In this document: piece by piece, positions 28,716-37,588 of the stretch
How positions within the stretch are numbered: position 1 is the stretch's first letter
Layout: each line of letters opens with the position of its first letter
From: Planctomycetota bacterium
GTDB taxonomy: Bacteria; Planctomycetota; UBA11346
DNA: 64,000 bases
NCBI GenBank assembly: GCA_038231435.1
Contig: JBBRLJ010000029.1
Span: 10,706 to 74,705, forward strand
Reading direction: 5' to 3'
The notes under the pieces: generated by a model
Seen by the model: the letters and a program-made list of their open reading frames with translations, nothing else
What the model was told of the DNA's origin: nothing
Databases searched by the model: none
Position numbers and translations under genes: made by a program

Positions 28716-28756
28716 ACGGAGAACCGCCATCGAGCGCGCCAGGTGATACGACGTCC

Positions 28757-28780
28757 GGTGCGTCGTGTGGTGCGTCGTGT
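28757..28780. repeat. Perfect 12-bp tandem duplication GGTGCGTCGTGT x2 (intergenic)
   Basis: Read directly from the sequence. Confidence 0.85.
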
Positions 28781-28893
28781 GATGTGGAGCGGTGAAAATG
28801 TGACGCGGAATCGTTGCGCATGATGCAGCGGCACGCGGCTCCTGGAATGTCGAGCGCGGGTGCTGAACATCACGGCACCGTGGAGTCACTCCC

Positions 28894-31428
28894 ATGAGCC
28901 ACCTCCGTGCCGCCGCGTCCGTCCTGTTCATCATCGCCCTGACGACGCTCGTCTGCACGCGCGGATGCGGCGCCGACCTCGCGGTCGTGCCGAACGCCGA
29001 CGACTCCGGCAACGGCAGCGCCGAGCGTCCGTTCGCCTCGCTCGCCAAGGCACTCGCGCGCGCCGGCTCCGGTGACACCGTCTACCTGGCGCGCGGAGCC
29101 GTGTACCGCGAGACCGGCCTGGTGTTCAAGGGCGGAGTCACCGTCAAAGGCGCGGGCTCGGGCGACAAGCCGCCGCCGCTGATCACCGCCAGCGTCCGCA
29201 TCGAGGGCTTCAAGCCGTGGGCGAAGAACGCCAAGGTGCTCGCCGCTCCCTGCGAGCGCAAGGCGCTGGAGTGCTATGTCGACGGCGCCTTCCAGGTGCT
29301 CGCGCGCTTCCCGAATCTCAATCTCGAGAAGCAGGCCTGGCTGCGCGCGGCCAAGGGCTCGACGCCCGACGTCCTGCTCTGCCCCGAGCGCGCGCAGGCC
29401 CCAGGCGCGGCGAGCGGCCGCTGGAAGGGCGCGCAGGTACGGTGGCGACGTTGGAGCTGGTGGTGGGAGACGCGTCCGATCGGCGAGGATGACGGCTCGG
29501 GCAAGCTCGCGCTCGGCGCCGACGGACGCTTCCACGACGGCTTCACCGGCGTCGGCTCGGCGTTCTACGTCGACAACTGCCTGGCCGAGCTCGACGCGCC
29601 CGGTGAATGGTTCTGGGACGAAGCGGCGAAGATGCTCTACGTCTATCCGCCAGCGGGATCGGATCCCGCAAAGTTGGTGATCGAGGCGGTGCTGGATCCC
29701 GCTGGCTGCACCATCGGTGGCGGCATGCTCGACGGTGTAGGCTTCGCGCGTTTCGCCAGCGTGGCCCTCAAGCTCGAGGGCAAGTCGCTGCTGACAGGCT
29801 GCCTTTTCCAGGACGTCGGTGGCAACGCCATCGTCTCGACCTGGGGCTCGTCGGGAACGCGCATCTCCGGCTGCGCCTTCCGCGACGTGCGCGATCTGGC
29901 GATCTCATGGAACGAGGATCCCAAGGGCGCCGGCGGCACGGTGATCGAGCGCAACACCTTTGACCGCATCGGCGATCGTCCCGGCTACGGCGGCAGCGGC
30001 TCGTGGCATGGCGCGGGCATCATCGTCTTCAATGGCAAGGGCGTAATGGTCAGGCTCAACCGCTTCAGCGACTGCGGCTACGATGGCGTGATCCTCAACA
30101 CCCCTGGCTGCACCGTCGAGCGCAATGTCCTAGTGCGCTGCATGAGCCAGATGAACGACGGCGCGGCCATCGGCGTCTGCGCCAACGGCTCGATCGTGCG
30201 CGAGAACATCGTCCTCGACACCATCGGCAATCTCGAGACCTCGCAGCCGTTCTCGCCGCTCGGCCACGGCATCTGGACCGAGTTCCTCGGCGACCTCCAC
30301 GATTCGCAACTGATCGGCAATACCGTATTCGGTTCGGGCGGCTTCGGCATCTACCTGCCGAACAACCGCTCCTGCCAGGTGCGCGAGAACGTGTTGATGG
30401 GCAATCGCCGCGACGGGCTCCATCTCGGCGGCTACGAGAAGGACAAGGGCCCGCAGAAGCACGTGATCGCCGACAATGTGCTGGTGGCGCTCGATCCGTC
30501 ACGCCGGATTCCCGGGCCGGTGAACGGCTCCGAACCGGAACAGCCACGCGGATTGGGCTTCGAGCCCGGAATCGATTACGGGACGCTCAGCGGCACCGTC
30601 TTCGTGGTTTCCGGCACGGCCCCGGCGATCGGCGGCAAGCAATCGTACGACGATCCCGCAGCCTGGGCCAAGGACGAGCACTGGGGCGATCCCGCGGCCA
30701 AGCTGCAGAAGGCGACGCCCTTGCTGTTGATCAACGACACCGAGCAGGCGCACGATTTCGTTCCGCCGTCAGGCAGCTGGACGGACCTCGCCGGCAAGCC
30801 GATTGGCAAAGCCGTGACGGTGGCCCCCTACCGCAGCGCGGTGCTGCTGCGGCGCGGCGCCGACGGCGGCGCGCTGCCACCCTACCTGACCGCTTCCGGG
30901 ATCGACTACCGGGCGCCGTCGCTCGCCTCTGCGACCGAGATCGCGACCGCGAAGGCCGCGAAGGCCACCAAGCCGAGCGCGAGCGCCTCGGCGGCGATCC
31001 ACGAGGACGCCGAGGCCAGGCATTCGTATGTCTCCACCAAGCCGAAGTCTGAAGCCTGGGCCCGGTATGTCGGCTTGCTGCGCGATCGTGTATCGGCCCT
31101 GTCCATGGGGCGGAGCCCGGCGCAATTCGAATACAGCGCCATGAAGCAGCGCGTGAGCGTGATCGCGGTGCAAGGCGACCAGGCGACACTGAAGCTCGGC
31201 GACGAGGGCGGGCAGATCACCGCCGCGCTCTTCGGCGCCAAGCTGACCGTCACCGACGCCTGCCGCCTGGCGCTCGACGCGCAGCGGGCGGATCAGCCCG
31301 AGCAGTACGCGCTCGCCGCATTCTTCGCCCGCTGTGCCGACGACGGCATGGCCTACGAGCGCTGCCTGGCCCACGCTGGAGCCCTTGCCGCCGACGTCGA
31401 ATCCGGATTCAGCGATCAGCCGAACTGA
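28894..31428 (+). CDS. Secreted right-handed parallel beta-helix protein (polysaccharide lyase/hydrolase-like) with an extra C-terminal domain
   Basis: Signal peptide; DDSGNGSAERPFASLAKAL, GDTVYLARG, LDAPGEWFWD; beta-helix rungs (IERNTF, VERNVL, VRENIV, LIGNTV); DGAAI. Confidence 0.85.
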   Translation: MSHLRAAASVLFIIALTTLVCTRGCGADLAVVPNADDSGNGSAERPFASLAKALARAGSGDTVYLARGAVYRETGLVFKGGVTVKGAGSGDKPPPLITASVRIEGFKPWAKNAKVLAAPCERKALECYVDGAFQVLARFPNLNLEKQAWLRAAKGSTPDVLLCPERAQAPGAASGRWKGAQVRWRRWSWWWETRPIGEDDGSGKLALGADGRFHDGFTGVGSAFYVDNCLAELDAPGEWFWDEAAKMLYVYPPAGSDPAKLVIEAVLDPAGCTIGGGMLDGVGFARFASVALKLEGKSLLTGCLFQDVGGNAIVSTWGSSGTRISGCAFRDVRDLAISWNEDPKGAGGTVIERNTFDRIGDRPGYGGSGSWHGAGIIVFNGKGVMVRLNRFSDCGYDGVILNTPGCTVERNVLVRCMSQMNDGAAIGVCANGSIVRENIVLDTIGNLETSQPFSPLGHGIWTEFLGDLHDSQLIGNTVFGSGGFGIYLPNNRSCQVRENVLMGNRRDGLHLGGYEKDKGPQKHVIADNVLVALDPSRRIPGPVNGSEPEQPRGLGFEPGIDYGTLSGTVFVVSGTAPAIGGKQSYDDPAAWAKDEHWGDPAAKLQKATPLLLINDTEQAHDFVPPSGSWTDLAGKPIGKAVTVAPYRSAVLLRRGADGGALPPYLTASGIDYRAPSLASATEIATAKAAKATKPSASASAAIHEDAEARHSYVSTKPKSEAWARYVGLLRDRVSALSMGRSPAQFEYSAMKQRVSVIAVQGDQATLKLGDEGGQITAALFGAKLTVTDACRLALDAQRADQPEQYALAAFFARCADDGMAYERCLAHAGALAADVESGFSDQPN

Positions 31429-31438
31429 ACCAAAGACA

Positions 31439-31462
31439 TCGGCGGGCACACTCGCCCGCCGA
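31439..31462. terminator. Hairpin between convergent genes (possible bidirectional terminator)
   Basis: TCGGCGGGC-acactc-GCCCGCCGA, 9-bp perfect stem; weak T tail. Confidence 0.55.
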
Positions 31463-31482
31463 CGATTTCGTCGCGATCGCGG

Positions 31483-31860
31483 TCAGTTCTTGCCTTCATC
31501 CTTGGCAGCCTTGGCGGCTTCGATCGCGAGCGCGCGGCGGCCTTCGCGCTCGGTGTAGACCACGTGCAGGCGATCGCCGACCTTGAGCTTGGCGATCGCT
31601 TCGAGCATCTTCTCGGGCTTTCCCTCGCGGAAGTAGGCACGGTACTCGTTCTCGGCGTTGGTGCCGTCTTCCTTGAGGGTGAAGGATTTCTTCTCGGCGT
31701 TCACTGCGGTCACCGTGCCGGTGGCCTTCGACTTAACGATCTCCTCCGCGCCCTTCTCGTGCTCCTTCTTGGGATGATCGCCAGCGCCGCCCTCGGCGGC
31801 CGAGATGGCGCCGCAAGCGAGCAGCGCGATGAGGGAAGCGGTGATGTGGCGGATGCTCAT
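31483..31860 (-). CDS. Small secreted OB-fold-like protein (125 aa; CusF/DUF5666-like pattern)
   Basis: RBS GAGG, signal peptide MSIRHITASLIALLACGAISA; GTVTAVNAEKKSFTL...LKVGDRLHVVY. Confidence 0.75.
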   Translation of the reverse strand: MSIRHITASLIALLACGAISAAEGGAGDHPKKEHEKGAEEIVKSKATGTVTAVNAEKKSFTLKEDGTNAENEYRAYFREGKPEKMLEAIAKLKVGDRLHVVYTEREGRRALAIEAAKAAKDEGKN

Positions 31861-32105
31861 GGATGATCCTCGGTTGGGGTCTGGTGCGAAGGATTGGGGT
31901 ACGAGAGCCTCTGTCGCAACCGGCTCGGACTGTACACCCGAAGTCGCAACTGGTCGGAATCGACGGCCGCCTGCCCGCCATCGTTCACCGCGCCACCGGT
32001 CTGGATGGCGTAAGTCCATTCAATACGTGGCTGTTCCGGAGCCTTTGCCCCTCTCTTCCGCAGCGGCTGGATGGCCTGTACAGTCGCGGCCAAGTCGACA
32101 TACCC

Positions 32106-32675
32106 ATGCACAGCATGGACGAACGCTCACCGCTCACCGCGCCGCCGGCCGACGACGCCCCGATGCGCACCCTGCTCGAGGAGCGCGGGCTGCTCCTTGG
32201 CTACATCAACGTCATCGTCCGCGACCTGCACGCCGCCGAGGATATCCTGCAGGAGGCCCTGATGCTCGCGCTCCGCCAGCGCTTCGCCGATGTCGGGCAT
32301 GCCCAGGCCTGGATCCGCGTGACCGCGCGCAACCTCGCGCTCAATGAGGGCCGCCGCCGACAGCGCCGCGCCAAGCCGCTCTCCGACGACATCCTGGAGC
32401 TGCTCGAACCGGCGTGGGATGAGGAAGGCGATGGACCCGCGCACGGCGAGCGCCTGGCCGCGCTGCGCGCCTGCTGCGAGCGCCTGTCCGACGCCGGCAA
32501 GAGGCTGATCGACCTGCGCTACCACCGCAAGCTCGACGGCGCCGGCATGGCGGCAGCGCTCGGCCGCCCGCTGAACACCGTCTATGTCGGACTCAGCCGC
32601 GTATACCGTCGACTGTCCACCTGCATCGAACAGCGCATGCAGCAGTCGGCGCAGCCGCGCATGGGCGAGTCATGA
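32106..32675 (+). CDS. ECF RNA polymerase sigma-70 factor (Rhodopirellula/Verrucomicrobium type)
   Basis: LLGYINVIVRDLHAAEDILQE, AWIRVTARN, ALRACCERLS...LIDLRY...MAAALGRPLNTVYVGLSR; start trimmed (32106 or 32115). Confidence 0.92.
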   Translation: MHSMDERSPLTAPPADDAPMRTLLEERGLLLGYINVIVRDLHAAEDILQEALMLALRQRFADVGHAQAWIRVTARNLALNEGRRRQRRAKPLSDDILELLEPAWDEEGDGPAHGERLAALRACCERLSDAGKRLIDLRYHRKLDGAGMAAALGRPLNTVYVGLSRVYRRLSTCIEQRMQQSAQPRMGES

Positions 32676-34174
32676 GCGGACTCCCCGACGACCTCGCCGT
32701 GCGCTATCTCGAAGGCGCCGCCTCGGCCGACGATGTCGCGGCGCTGGAGAAGCACCTGCGCGCCGACGAGCAGGCGCGCCGCTCCTTCGTGCGCCTGTCG
32801 CACCTGCAGGCGCTGATCTCGGAACTGGCGCGCGAACCCTTGCTGTCGGCCCGGCCGACACCGCGCTGGCGCGTGATCGCGTTCACCGCGACAGCCGCTG
32901 CCGCCGCGATGCTGGTCATCGGCGTATGGCGAGGCTTCGCCATCGGGGCCAGGGACACCGGTCCCACCGTCTCCGGGTCCTCGGGGGAGATCGCATGGAC
33001 CCGCAATGGGCGCGGCCTGCGCCTGGTCGACGACGCGCGGCTCGCGCCCGGCGACCGTCTGGCGCTCGCGGGCGACGCCCATCTGCGCATCGTATGGCCC
33101 GACGGGGCATTGGTCGCCGTCGATCCCGACAGCGATGTGGCGATCGGGGTCGATGCGTCGCGGCTGCGGCTCGATCGCGGCATGGTGCAGGCGATCATCA
33201 CCCACGACCCCGCGCGACCCTTCACGATCGCGACCGCCGACGGCCTCATCACCGACCTCGGCACGGTCTTCGTCGTCCGGCGCGGTGCCACGAGGACCCG
33301 GGTAGAGGTCGCCCAGGGCACGGTGCGTCTGACCACCGGCGGCGAGCATGTCGACGTGCCCGCCGGAGCTCACGCGGTCGCCATCGCCGGCCAGGCGCCG
33401 CGACTGCTGGCGCCGCCTCCGCCTCAGGCCGTGCCGAGCAGCGCCGCAGGCTGGAACGAGCCGCTGCCGCTCCACGCGCGGATGGCGAGACTCCCCGACG
33501 CCCTCGCCGTCGCCACTTGGCGGGTACGGCCCGCGCTGCGGCTGTCGCTGCCTACCGCGGGCGCGGCGATGCGCCCGGTGCGGCACCGTGGCCAGCCGGG
33601 AGCGTTGCTCGGCGATGCCCCGGTTCCCGATCTGCGCGGGCTCGAATACGCGATCGGCGGCGCGCACGACCTCATCCTCGTCGATGCGGTCTCCAAGCAG
33701 GCGTGGGAGCTGAGTGAGCCCGAGGGCGGAGCCGGGGGGATCTCCGCGCGGCGCATGACCCCCATCGCCTTCGACGCGGTGCGCGCACTGCCCGGACTCG
33801 GTGGCTTGCTGACTCCTCGCGACCTGGAGCGCGGACCGCCGCGCGACGCCCAGTCGCCACACACCGAACATGTGCCGCACGCCCTGGTGGTCGCGGTGCC
33901 GGCAGCTGTCCTTGGCGAGCACGGACTGCGCATCGGCGATCGCATCTGTATCGTCGGCGCCCCGACGCCTGGAAACGGCGTGGCCGGCAGCGTCCTCGCG
34001 GAAGTCCTCGCCAGCCATGGTGCGCGCGTGGTCGCGAGCGAGGGCGCGCCGACGCTGTTCGTCGATCCGCGGCTGTCCGATGAGGTTCGCGCCAGCCTGA
34101 CCGCGGCCCTGGCGGAGCTCGCGCCCGCGCTGCGGCGCGTCGAGACGGCGATCGCTGACGATCCGGACCAGTGA
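32672..34174 (+). CDS. FecR-type anti-sigma factor whose C-terminal sensor is a degenerate copy of domain X
   Basis: 4-bp overlap with the sigma gene; RYLEG anti-sigma helix, TM, FecR motifs (FTIATADGLITDLGTVF, TRVEVAQGTV); C-terminal colinear motifs shared with 8187-9257. Confidence 0.85.
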   Translation: MSGLPDDLAVRYLEGAASADDVAALEKHLRADEQARRSFVRLSHLQALISELAREPLLSARPTPRWRVIAFTATAAAAAMLVIGVWRGFAIGARDTGPTVSGSSGEIAWTRNGRGLRLVDDARLAPGDRLALAGDAHLRIVWPDGALVAVDPDSDVAIGVDASRLRLDRGMVQAIITHDPARPFTIATADGLITDLGTVFVVRRGATRTRVEVAQGTVRLTTGGEHVDVPAGAHAVAIAGQAPRLLAPPPPQAVPSSAAGWNEPLPLHARMARLPDALAVATWRVRPALRLSLPTAGAAMRPVRHRGQPGALLGDAPVPDLRGLEYAIGGAHDLILVDAVSKQAWELSEPEGGAGGISARRMTPIAFDAVRALPGLGGLLTPRDLERGPPRDAQSPHTEHVPHALVVAVPAAVLGEHGLRIGDRICIVGAPTPGNGVAGSVLAEVLASHGARVVASEGAPTLFVDPRLSDEVRASLTAALAELAPALRRVETAIADDPDQ

Positions 34175-34192
34175 GGCCTCCAGGTCAGCGGC

Positions 34193-34216
34193 ATCACGGA
34201 CTGAATCACGGACTGA
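34193..34216. repeat. Perfect 12-bp tandem duplication ATCACGGACTGA x2 spanning the protease stop codon
   Basis: Read directly from the sequence. Confidence 0.85.
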
Positions 34217-35306
34217 TGCGGGGGATCTCGGTGGCGAGCGTGGCCGCGGGCTTGGCGATCCGCCGCAACGCCTGCTCGCGCAACGCCTGCACGGTGCCGG
34301 CATGGCTGGTAAGGGCTGCCATCGGCGCGATGCCATCGAGATAGGCGAGGGCCGCGTCGTATCGGCCGCCGCCGAGATAGTCCTCGTGGATGTAGCGCTC
34401 GATCGCCTGATCGACCAGCGTCGCCAGCGCGGCGCGGTCGACGGTGCCGGATCGGTTCCTCGACGGGTCGCTCAGCGGGGCGTCGAGCATGCGGAGCAGG
34501 TACGGTTCGCGGAAGACCTCGCGCGCCGACATCCGCAGCAGCTCGGTCTCGGCGGCGACGGGCGTGAGGCCGCCTTCGCGGCGCGCCTGGGCCATGCGCA
34601 TGCGTGCGTAGAAGCGGTAGTGCGCGGCCTTGAGATCAGGCATCAGGTCTAGCAGGAACTTGACCGGCACCGCGAACGCCAGGCCCGCCACGGTCACTCC
34701 CGGCTGGGCCTCCACCACCGAGCTGGTCAGGCCTACGACCTCGCCATCACTGTCGACCAGCGGGCCGCCGCTGTTGCCATGGGTGATCGCGACATTCACC
34801 TGGACCACGTCGGCGTGGAGGATGTCCACCGCGGCCTTGATCGAATCGGCTCCGCGTAGGGCCGTCACCTGGCCATCGCAGAACGTCCCTTCGTAGACGT
34901 CGCCCTTGTAGCCGGGATTTCCGAACGCGTAGACGCGCTGGCCGACCTTCAGCTCGAATACCGTGGCCAAGGGCAGCGGAGGCGCCTCGAGCCCGGCGAC
35001 CGCCACCAACGCGAGATCGTGCTTGGCGTCGAGCACGAGCACGCGCTGGATCGCGAAGGTGCGCTCGCCGCCGATGAGGCGAACCACTCCTGACGAGAGC
35101 TCGGCAAGTACGTGCGCGTTGGTGGCGATGATGCCGGGGCGGACGACGAAACCGCTGCCGAGATGGCCGTGGCGATGGGCATCCGGATAGATGACGACGG
35201 TCGACTTGGCGAGCGATGCATAGATGTCCGCGGCGGATTCAGCGGCGCGCAGAACACCCACGTCGGCCAGCGCCAGCACCGCCAGCAAGGCAAGCATCGG
35301 TGCCAT
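34206..35306 (-). CDS. Secreted trypsin-like serine protease (HtrA-like S1 domain, no PDZ) with C-terminal helical domain
   Basis: LGSGF, ATNAHV (His), HDLAL (Asp), ITHGNSGGPL (Ser); start trimmed to signal peptide MAPMLALLAVLAL. Confidence 0.88.
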   Translation of the reverse strand: MAPMLALLAVLALADVGVLRAAESAADIYASLAKSTVVIYPDAHRHGHLGSGFVVRPGIIATNAHVLAELSSGVVRLIGGERTFAIQRVLVLDAKHDLALVAVAGLEAPPLPLATVFELKVGQRVYAFGNPGYKGDVYEGTFCDGQVTALRGADSIKAAVDILHADVVQVNVAITHGNSGGPLVDSDGEVVGLTSSVVEAQPGVTVAGLAFAVPVKFLLDLMPDLKAAHYRFYARMRMAQARREGGLTPVAAETELLRMSAREVFREPYLLRMLDAPLSDPSRNRSGTVDRAALATLVDQAIERYIHEDYLGGGRYDAALAYLDGIAPMAALTSHAGTVQALREQALRRIAKPAATLATEIPRISP

Positions 35307-35652
35307 CGCGCTGGAGCCGCGACGCCCAGCGACCGAGCCCAGGGCTCGCCTATATCCATTGGAGGATGATGGGCGGATCGCCACGACCTCATGCTAGCGC
35401 GGGCAATGCTTTCCTGGCCTGGAATGCGGATTTCACGGGGAACGACACTCACACGAGCGACCAGGGCGGATCGAGCCAGCCGGCGGCCACACCCCGCCCA
35501 GGACCAGGCGTTCGGCCGATGCTTGCAGGGAGTTACGGCGATCCGGGCGCGGTCGAGCCACCCCGGGAGAGCGTTTCCCCACGGCGCGGACGCGACAGGA
35601 TCGTGCGACCCTCCCGCCGCTCAGTCCCGGGCACAGCCCACTGGAACACCGC

Positions 35653-37536
35653 ATGCGCTCCATCCTGCCCAGCATCGTCTTCGCCGTCCTCCTCGCGCTC
35701 CGGCTGAACGCCGCGGATCCCGCGACCATGCCGCTGATCGATTTCGCCAAAGACGGATCCGAGAAGCGCGTCGAGGCCTCATCGCCCGAAGTCACCTTCA
35801 CACGCAAGACCGACGGTGCGGCCCCCGAGCTCGAGATCACCTGCGCCCTGGTCAACGGCAGCAAGGACGGCTATCCTGGCGTATCGGTCAAGCCCGACGG
35901 CGGCGCCTGGGATCTCTCGGCCTACGGGCGGATCGATGTGCGCATAGCGAACACCGGGGTACGGCCGCTCACCCTCAACGTCCGCGTCGACAACGACGGC
36001 GATTGGAAGGAGAGCCCCTGGAGCACCGAATCGGTGTCGGTCGATCCCAACAGCGTGGCCACGGCGAGCGTGTTCTTCGGCTACTCGTACGGCAAGCGCG
36101 CATTCAAGCTCGATCCGGCGAAGATCACCAAGCTGTTGCTGTTCACCGGCAAGACCGAGGCCACGCACTCCTACCGCATCGAAGCGATCGTAGCCGCTGG
36201 AGCGCCGGGCGAGAAACCCCAATCCGATTCTCAGCTCACGAAGCCAAAGGACGGCCTCCTGCTCGGAGCCGGGACAACCGTCGACGCGAAGCAGATCGAT
36301 GCTCGCAAGGCCAAGGCCGATCTCGTCGCTGACGGGGGTCGCCAATCCCTGCGCATCGCCTTCCCGAAAGCCGCCGACGAGACCGGGGCGCTGCTGAAAT
36401 CCGGCGCCACGCGCTGGGACCTGCGCCCGTATACCCAGGTCGTCATCAAGGCGCGCGGCACCGGCACGTCTCCGGTTGCGCTGCGCGCGCGGCTCGAATG
36501 CGTCGGCGGCCATACCGAATGGGTCGCCTCGCCTTCGGCCGACGCCAGGCAGGAGATCGTCATCCCGTTCATCGGCACCACGCCCTGGACGGGGGAAGCG
36601 AATTCGGGTTCGCAGTTCGTCAACGACTCGGTCACCGGCGTGACCATCCAGTCGACTGCCGGCGACGACGGACGCCTGCTGATCATCGACGAGATCCGCG
36701 CCACCGCGCCCCTGCCCGACATCCCCGCTTGGCTGGGCAAGAAGCCGCCGGTCGATGGCAAGTGGACGCAGACGCTCGACGAGAACTTCGACGGCTCCAC
36801 GATCGACGCCAAGCATTGGACGGTCACCGGCGATAATTATTGGGACAAGCAGAGCCATTTCAGCAAGGACAACGTCATCGTCGGCGGCGGGGTCGCGAAG
36901 CTGCGCTTCGAGAAGAAGCGCGGCCACGCGAACGACGATCCGGCCAAGCCCGAGACCGACTACACGGTGGGCTTCCTCACCAGCTTCGACAAGTGGACGC
37001 AGCGCTACGGCTATTTCGAGGCGCGCATGAAGCTGCCGACCGCTCCGGGACTGTGGCCGGCGTTCTGGATGATGCCCGACCGCGGCGCCGAGGCCGGCAT
37101 CTGGTGGAAGCGCTCGTCCACCGGCGAGGGCGGCATGGAGTTCGACATCATGGAGCACCTCACCCGCTATGGAAAGAACCGCTACAACATCGCCTTCCAT
37201 TGGGACGGCTACGAGAAGGACCACAAGTCGATCGGCACCGACCGCATCTATGTCGCGCCCGACAAGGACGGCTACATCGTCTCTGGCCTGCTCTGGGAAC
37301 CCGGCCGCCTGACCCTGTTCGGCAATGGCGTGCGTATCGCGACCTGGAGCAACGAGCGCATCTCGAACGTCCCCGAGCACCTGATGTTCACCCTCCCGTG
37401 CGGCGGCTGGGGCGGCAATGAGCTCGACGACACTGGACTCCCTGACGATTTCGTCATCGACTGGGTGCGCGCCTGGCAACGCGACGACTTCGCTGCGCTG
37501 CCGCCCAAGCCCCCGGCCAAGGCCGACGACCACTGA
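35653..37536 (+). CDS. Secreted glycoside hydrolase family 16 with two N-terminal CBM-like modules
   Basis: Signal peptide; YGYFEARMKLP, GLWPAFW, EFDIME (ExDxxE); internal duplication WDLSAYGRIDVRIANTG / WDLRPYTQVVIKARGTG. Confidence 0.9.
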   Translation: MRSILPSIVFAVLLALRLNAADPATMPLIDFAKDGSEKRVEASSPEVTFTRKTDGAAPELEITCALVNGSKDGYPGVSVKPDGGAWDLSAYGRIDVRIANTGVRPLTLNVRVDNDGDWKESPWSTESVSVDPNSVATASVFFGYSYGKRAFKLDPAKITKLLLFTGKTEATHSYRIEAIVAAGAPGEKPQSDSQLTKPKDGLLLGAGTTVDAKQIDARKAKADLVADGGRQSLRIAFPKAADETGALLKSGATRWDLRPYTQVVIKARGTGTSPVALRARLECVGGHTEWVASPSADARQEIVIPFIGTTPWTGEANSGSQFVNDSVTGVTIQSTAGDDGRLLIIDEIRATAPLPDIPAWLGKKPPVDGKWTQTLDENFDGSTIDAKHWTVTGDNYWDKQSHFSKDNVIVGGGVAKLRFEKKRGHANDDPAKPETDYTVGFLTSFDKWTQRYGYFEARMKLPTAPGLWPAFWMMPDRGAEAGIWWKRSSTGEGGMEFDIMEHLTRYGKNRYNIAFHWDGYEKDHKSIGTDRIYVAPDKDGYIVSGLLWEPGRLTLFGNGVRIATWSNERISNVPEHLMFTLPCGGWGGNELDDTGLPDDFVIDWVRAWQRDDFAALPPKPPAKADDH

Positions 37537-37588
37537 CCCGACCTCCGCAACCGAGCGCCATCACGACCCACGAGCCCGGAGCCCAGCC

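Noticed and set aside
35779..37533. 584-aa minus-strand ORF (similar shadows at 3721-4947, 32582-34336, 37454-38815, 53153-54511)
   Set aside because: Off-frame or antisense to well-supported genes, with low-information translations
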